64,000 nt of DNA, taken from positions 206,319 through 270,318 of the forward strand of contig CALITO010000008.1 in the NCBI GenBank assembly GCA_938041455.1, written 5' to 3'. Of the stretch, positions 61,115 through 64,000 are shown piece by piece. Numbering within the stretch: position 1 is the first letter of the stretch; every line of letters starts with the position of its first letter. The position numbers and the translations under genes are program-made. The stretch comes from an uncultured bacterium. GTDB taxonomy: Bacteria; Armatimonadota; JACIXR01. Below the pieces are notes generated by a model, which saw nothing but the letters and a program-made list of their open reading frames with translations, was not told where the DNA came from and made no database searches.

Positions 61115-61522
61115 TTACCAAGGTGAAGCAGGAGGAAGGGGAGAGGTTAGCTGGGAGGCTGGCTTCCCCTCCACACCATTCAATAGTGCGCTTACAAAGA
61201 ATGTTATATCCTTTATCAGGTCGTCCTTGTCGTAAAGGGCGAGGGTGTAGGAAGTGTTTGAGGTGGTGTCTATAAACTTTGGAGAACTCTCGTCTTCCCT
61301 CTGCTTGTAGATTTTATACGAGCTTGCTCCATTCACAGAATCCCATTGCATCTTCACCACCTGCTTAGTGTAATCGTAATGTCCGGAGGCATCCCTTGCC
61401 CAATCCCTCTCCACGGAGAAATTTTGAGGAAGTGGTGGAGAGGGTGCTCCCCCGCCACCTCCTCCACAGGAGGTGAGAAGCAAAGCCAAACCAAGGGTAA
61501 GGAATAGAAGGGTTTTATTCAT
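61115..61522 (-). CDS. Lipoprotein with Gly-rich linker and FN3-like domain
   Basis: Lipobox LLTSC followed by GGGGGGAPSPP. Confidence 0.6.
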   Translation of the reverse strand: MNKTLLFLTLGLALLLTSCGGGGGGAPSPPLPQNFSVERDWARDASGHYDYTKQVVKMQWDSVNGASSYKIYKQREDESSPKFIDTTSNTSYTLALYDKDDLIKDITFFVSALLNGVEGKPASQLTSPLPPASPW

Positions 61523-64000
61523 CGCAGGTTCACCATCCTTATAGCTTTTACAATCTGGTTTGCATCATCTTGGGCCATCAACTCTATTATATAAATACCA
61601 GCGGGCAAACGCCTTCCCTCTTTATCCCTACAATCCCAGAAGAAGCTGTTTATCCCTGCGAAACCTCTTTTGTTTATACCTCCTATAGTTCTCCCATCTA
61701 AACCCTTTATCATCAATCGCACATTGCATTCTCCGCTTAAGTTCCAGAAGATGTTAACTCCTCCTCTTGTAGAGCGCACCTCTAATCCGCTTATCAAAAG
61801 GCTGGGAAGAAGACCCCTCCCAGCCTCAACTATAATCCGTTTCTCCCCTTCAATATCGAGTTCTACGGAAGGCGTAGTGGGAATATAAATCCGTCTCTTA
61901 CCATCTCTTAAAATCATCTGGACTCCTTTGGGAAGTTGCGACAAGTTAGTAAAGCGAAGGGTAACAGCTCCTTGATCTCGGAGACACAATGTCCAGGTAT
62001 GTGTTGGACCCTTCTCCTCCTCAAGAGAAATGAGGAGGGGTTGATTGTTCTTGAGTATGAAAAAGCGGGGAGAATAAGTGGATGAGGGCGGGGAAGGAGG
62101 TAATGGAGCTTGAAATTCCCTCCTACTCAATCCTATGTAAACGGTTTCGTCTTTTCCATCAGGGAATAAGGCTTGCACCCCGATGCTCCAGAGCATATCA
62201 CCATAATCCTTGTGTCGCACCTCTTTAGAGGACCAAGGGTTAACTGGAAACACAAGAGTGCAATTTTGTTTAACCCTTGCCCAGTAGCCAAACCAAGGGT
62301 AAAGGTACCTCTCCGCTCCCTGGAGGGAAGAGGAGGCTATTTTATAGGTCGTTGTTTGAGAATCCCAACGATAAAATAGAGGAGCTATGTAAGAAGTAGC
62401 TTCGGAAATAGGAAGCAGGTTGCTTCCTACTTGAACCTTTAGTGAACTTACCGGGATAACATAGGGCCAGGGAAGCCCAACGATTTGCCAACCTTTCTCG
62501 AGGTAGACCGATACCTGTTTATCTCCCTTTTCAATTTTTCCATTGAATATGATGTTTGGAGGAGTAGATGAGAACTTGACCCACAGCCCTCCACCAGGGA
62601 TAAGTGTGGGATCGCTTGAAAACTCATAGCCCACCCCCCTCCACAGGGCCGAGTGCTCCAAGTTTGTCAAAACATTTCTAACTTTGTTATCTTTGACTTT
62701 GAAAGGTATTGAAACGAGCTCTATTGTCTTAGAAGGGAGGTAAGTAGCAGGAACATTAAAGTTAACCGTTATTTGAGAGACATTACCTACCAAGTCGGAG
62801 GCAGAAACGATAAGAGAATGGCTGCCTGAGGAGAGCGGTGAAGGAGGGAAACCAATGTAGCAGTCATTTAGAGCATCATAGGTCAGGGTAATATTCTGGT
62901 TATCTAACTTAAAACTTAAGTTTTTATCGTTTAAATGGTCGTCTTTTATCCGAACCGCAATAGGAGGATAAGGTGAGACATTGCCCCCCAAGGGAGATAT
63001 TGTTTCAATTTTTGGCGGGATGCTATCCACGGTAGTGGAAACTATGTTGCTTTCAATAGATATATCAGGCAGGGAAGCTTTATTTGAAATAATGACCCCA
63101 TTGGCCACAGAACTACCGATCTTGACTTTAAAGGAAACATTCCCCTGGGCACCAACGGGTAGATCCAACTTCCATTTTAGCTTGCTACCATCAAATATGG
63201 GGTTTCCCGTAGCGCTATTTTCCACATAGGTTGTGTTTTGGGGGATTTTGTCAGTTAAGGTAAGATCTTTAAGATTGTAATTACTATTATTCTTATAGGT
63301 TATTGTGTAAGTCAACTCTCCTCCTGGTTTCGCTATCTCCTTATCAACAGTCTTTTTGAGGGCAACAGGAAGCGGGGTAGCGAAGGCTTTGAGGCAAACA
63401 TTTGTGTTAGGGAGGTAAGTTGTTATATCGCTCCATTGCTTGCCATCTGGACTTACGAAGCTTTCTCCGGGGTTCGCTCTTGCCTTGCTACTATAACCTC
63501 CAATGGGCGTTTCCACAGCAACCGGTAGATCCCATCCTGGTGTATTGATGTATATAACCACTGAGAATCTTTGCCCACTTGATACAACTACAGGTGAATC
63601 TAATATTACCGTATGATAACCAGGGATAGCAAACTCTCCGTTTTTGGAACTCTTGAGTGTTCCACTTATTGGTTGCCCAGGTGTGACTCCCGTATACACA
63701 TAGACAGCGTAGATAGAATTAGGCACAGGGGTATAGAAGCTCACCGCCATTATTGACTCAGTGCGTATAGCAGCGAATATGTTAGCGAACCAGGCAGTGG
63801 AGCTATATGAATAACCTACTAGGCTGGTAAATCCCAATGTATCATACTGATACATAGAGGCGTAATTATTCACACTTTCACCAGCGGGGAAGATAACATT
63901 AGAGGTGCCAATTTGGGAATCATAGTAAGAAACATAAAAGTAGCCGCCGTCTCCCCAACTAGGACCCCAACTATTACGAACTATGAAGGCACCATCTCCG
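61519..64000 (-). CDS. Large cell-surface protein with DUF11-type repeats and C-terminal sorting/FlgD-Ig-like domain; N-terminus probably beyond window end
   Basis: DUF11-like repeat (GGELTYTITYKNNS...DTL); C-terminus WDCRDKEGRRLPAGIYIIEL...MVNLR resembles T9SS-type/FlgD Ig-like C-terminal domains; frame remains open to position 64000. Confidence 0.7.
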   Translation of the reverse strand, partial: GDGAFIVRNSWGPSWGDGGYFYVSYYDSQIGTSNVIFPAGESVNNYASMYQYDTLGFTSLVGYSYSSTAWFANIFAAIRTESIMAVSFYTPVPNSIYAVYVYTGVTPGQPISGTLKSSKNGEFAIPGYHTVILDSPVVVSSGQRFSVVIYINTPGWDLPVAVETPIGGYSSKARANPGESFVSPDGKQWSDITTYLPNTNVCLKAFATPLPVALKKTVDKEIAKPGGELTYTITYKNNSNYNLKDLTLTDKIPQNTTYVENSATGNPIFDGSKLKWKLDLPVGAQGNVSFKVKIGSSVANGVIISNKASLPDISIESNIVSTTVDSIPPKIETISPLGGNVSPYPPIAVRIKDDHLNDKNLSFKLDNQNITLTYDALNDCYIGFPPSPLSSGSHSLIVSASDLVGNVSQITVNFNVPATYLPSKTIELVSIPFKVKDNKVRNVLTNLEHSALWRGVGYEFSSDPTLIPGGGLWVKFSSTPPNIIFNGKIEKGDKQVSVYLEKGWQIVGLPWPYVIPVSSLKVQVGSNLLPISEATSYIAPLFYRWDSQTTTYKIASSSLQGAERYLYPWFGYWARVKQNCTLVFPVNPWSSKEVRHKDYGDMLWSIGVQALFPDGKDETVYIGLSRREFQAPLPPSPPSSTYSPRFFILKNNQPLLISLEEEKGPTHTWTLCLRDQGAVTLRFTNLSQLPKGVQMILRDGKRRIYIPTTPSVELDIEGEKRIIVEAGRGLLPSLLISGLEVRSTRGGVNIFWNLSGECNVRLMIKGLDGRTIGGINKRGFAGINSFFWDCRDKEGRRLPAGIYIIELMAQDDANQIVKAIRMVNLR

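Noticed and set aside
1-64000. Search for CRISPR arrays, tandem direct repeats, tRNA/rRNA genes, integrases/transposases or phage genes
   Set aside because: No repeated spacer-repeat periodicity and no recombinase or phage structural signatures seen. Intergenic spaces are too short for rRNA and lack tRNA-like structures.

Overview
The window is a 64-kb chromosomal segment of a diderm (LPS-producing) bacterium with roughly 48% GC. It is densely coded in long co-directional operons with many 4-nt start/stop overlaps. No rRNA, tRNA, CRISPR array, integrase or transposase was found.

First half (1-37.5 kb), core housekeeping:
- Lipid A / fatty-acid block on the minus strand: a Skp-like chaperone, lpxD, a small outer-membrane beta-barrel protein, lpxC, fabZ, lpxA and lpxB. 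lpxB is followed by an ICMT-family membrane methyltransferase and two secreted glycosidase-like proteins.
- An orphan PTS EIIC, a large TPR protein, hisI and hisF, and a PSP1/RicT-like protein.
- A plus-strand operon: FmdB zinc ribbon, metG, a DNA-repair-type radical SAM protein and pcm.
- A long minus-strand operon: rfbD, ileS, lspA, lgt, an RluA-family pseudouridine synthase, gatB, a Gfo/Idh/MocA oxidoreductase and a SpoIID/LytB-domain protein.
- A decayed DegT/DnrJ/EryC1 aminotransferase pseudogene.
- A cell-wall block: AmiC-type amidase, a GerMN-domain protein, murI, rph, a DUF4446-like protein and a bacterial group II/III (thermosome-like) chaperonin.

Second half (37.5-59.3 kb), an accessory glycan-processing locus:
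- Several very large secreted proteins that resemble glycoside hydrolases but match no family I could recognise.
- A GH78 alpha-L-rhamnosidase.
- A second large glycosidase-like protein (1006 aa) that carries the rhamnosidase-type N-terminal beta-sandwich twice.
- An ADP-ribosylglycohydrolase-fold protein fused to a sugar-binding-like domain.
- A 12-plus-helix membrane protein, an MDR dehydrogenase, a DUF72 protein and a sugar-phosphate isomerase.
- No canonical sugar transporter.

The window ends with gatC, gatA, a lipoprotein and a large DUF11-repeat surface protein with a C-terminal sorting-type domain.

The most notable observations are:
- an in-frame TAG that splits a CBM9-like domain in a 1450-aa secreted protein;
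- the uncharacterised glycan locus and the ADP-ribosylglycohydrolase fusion in it;
- an LmtA-like methyltransferase translationally coupled to lpxB;
- a perfect 13-bp palindrome in a divergent promoter region;
- the bacterial group II-like chaperonin.
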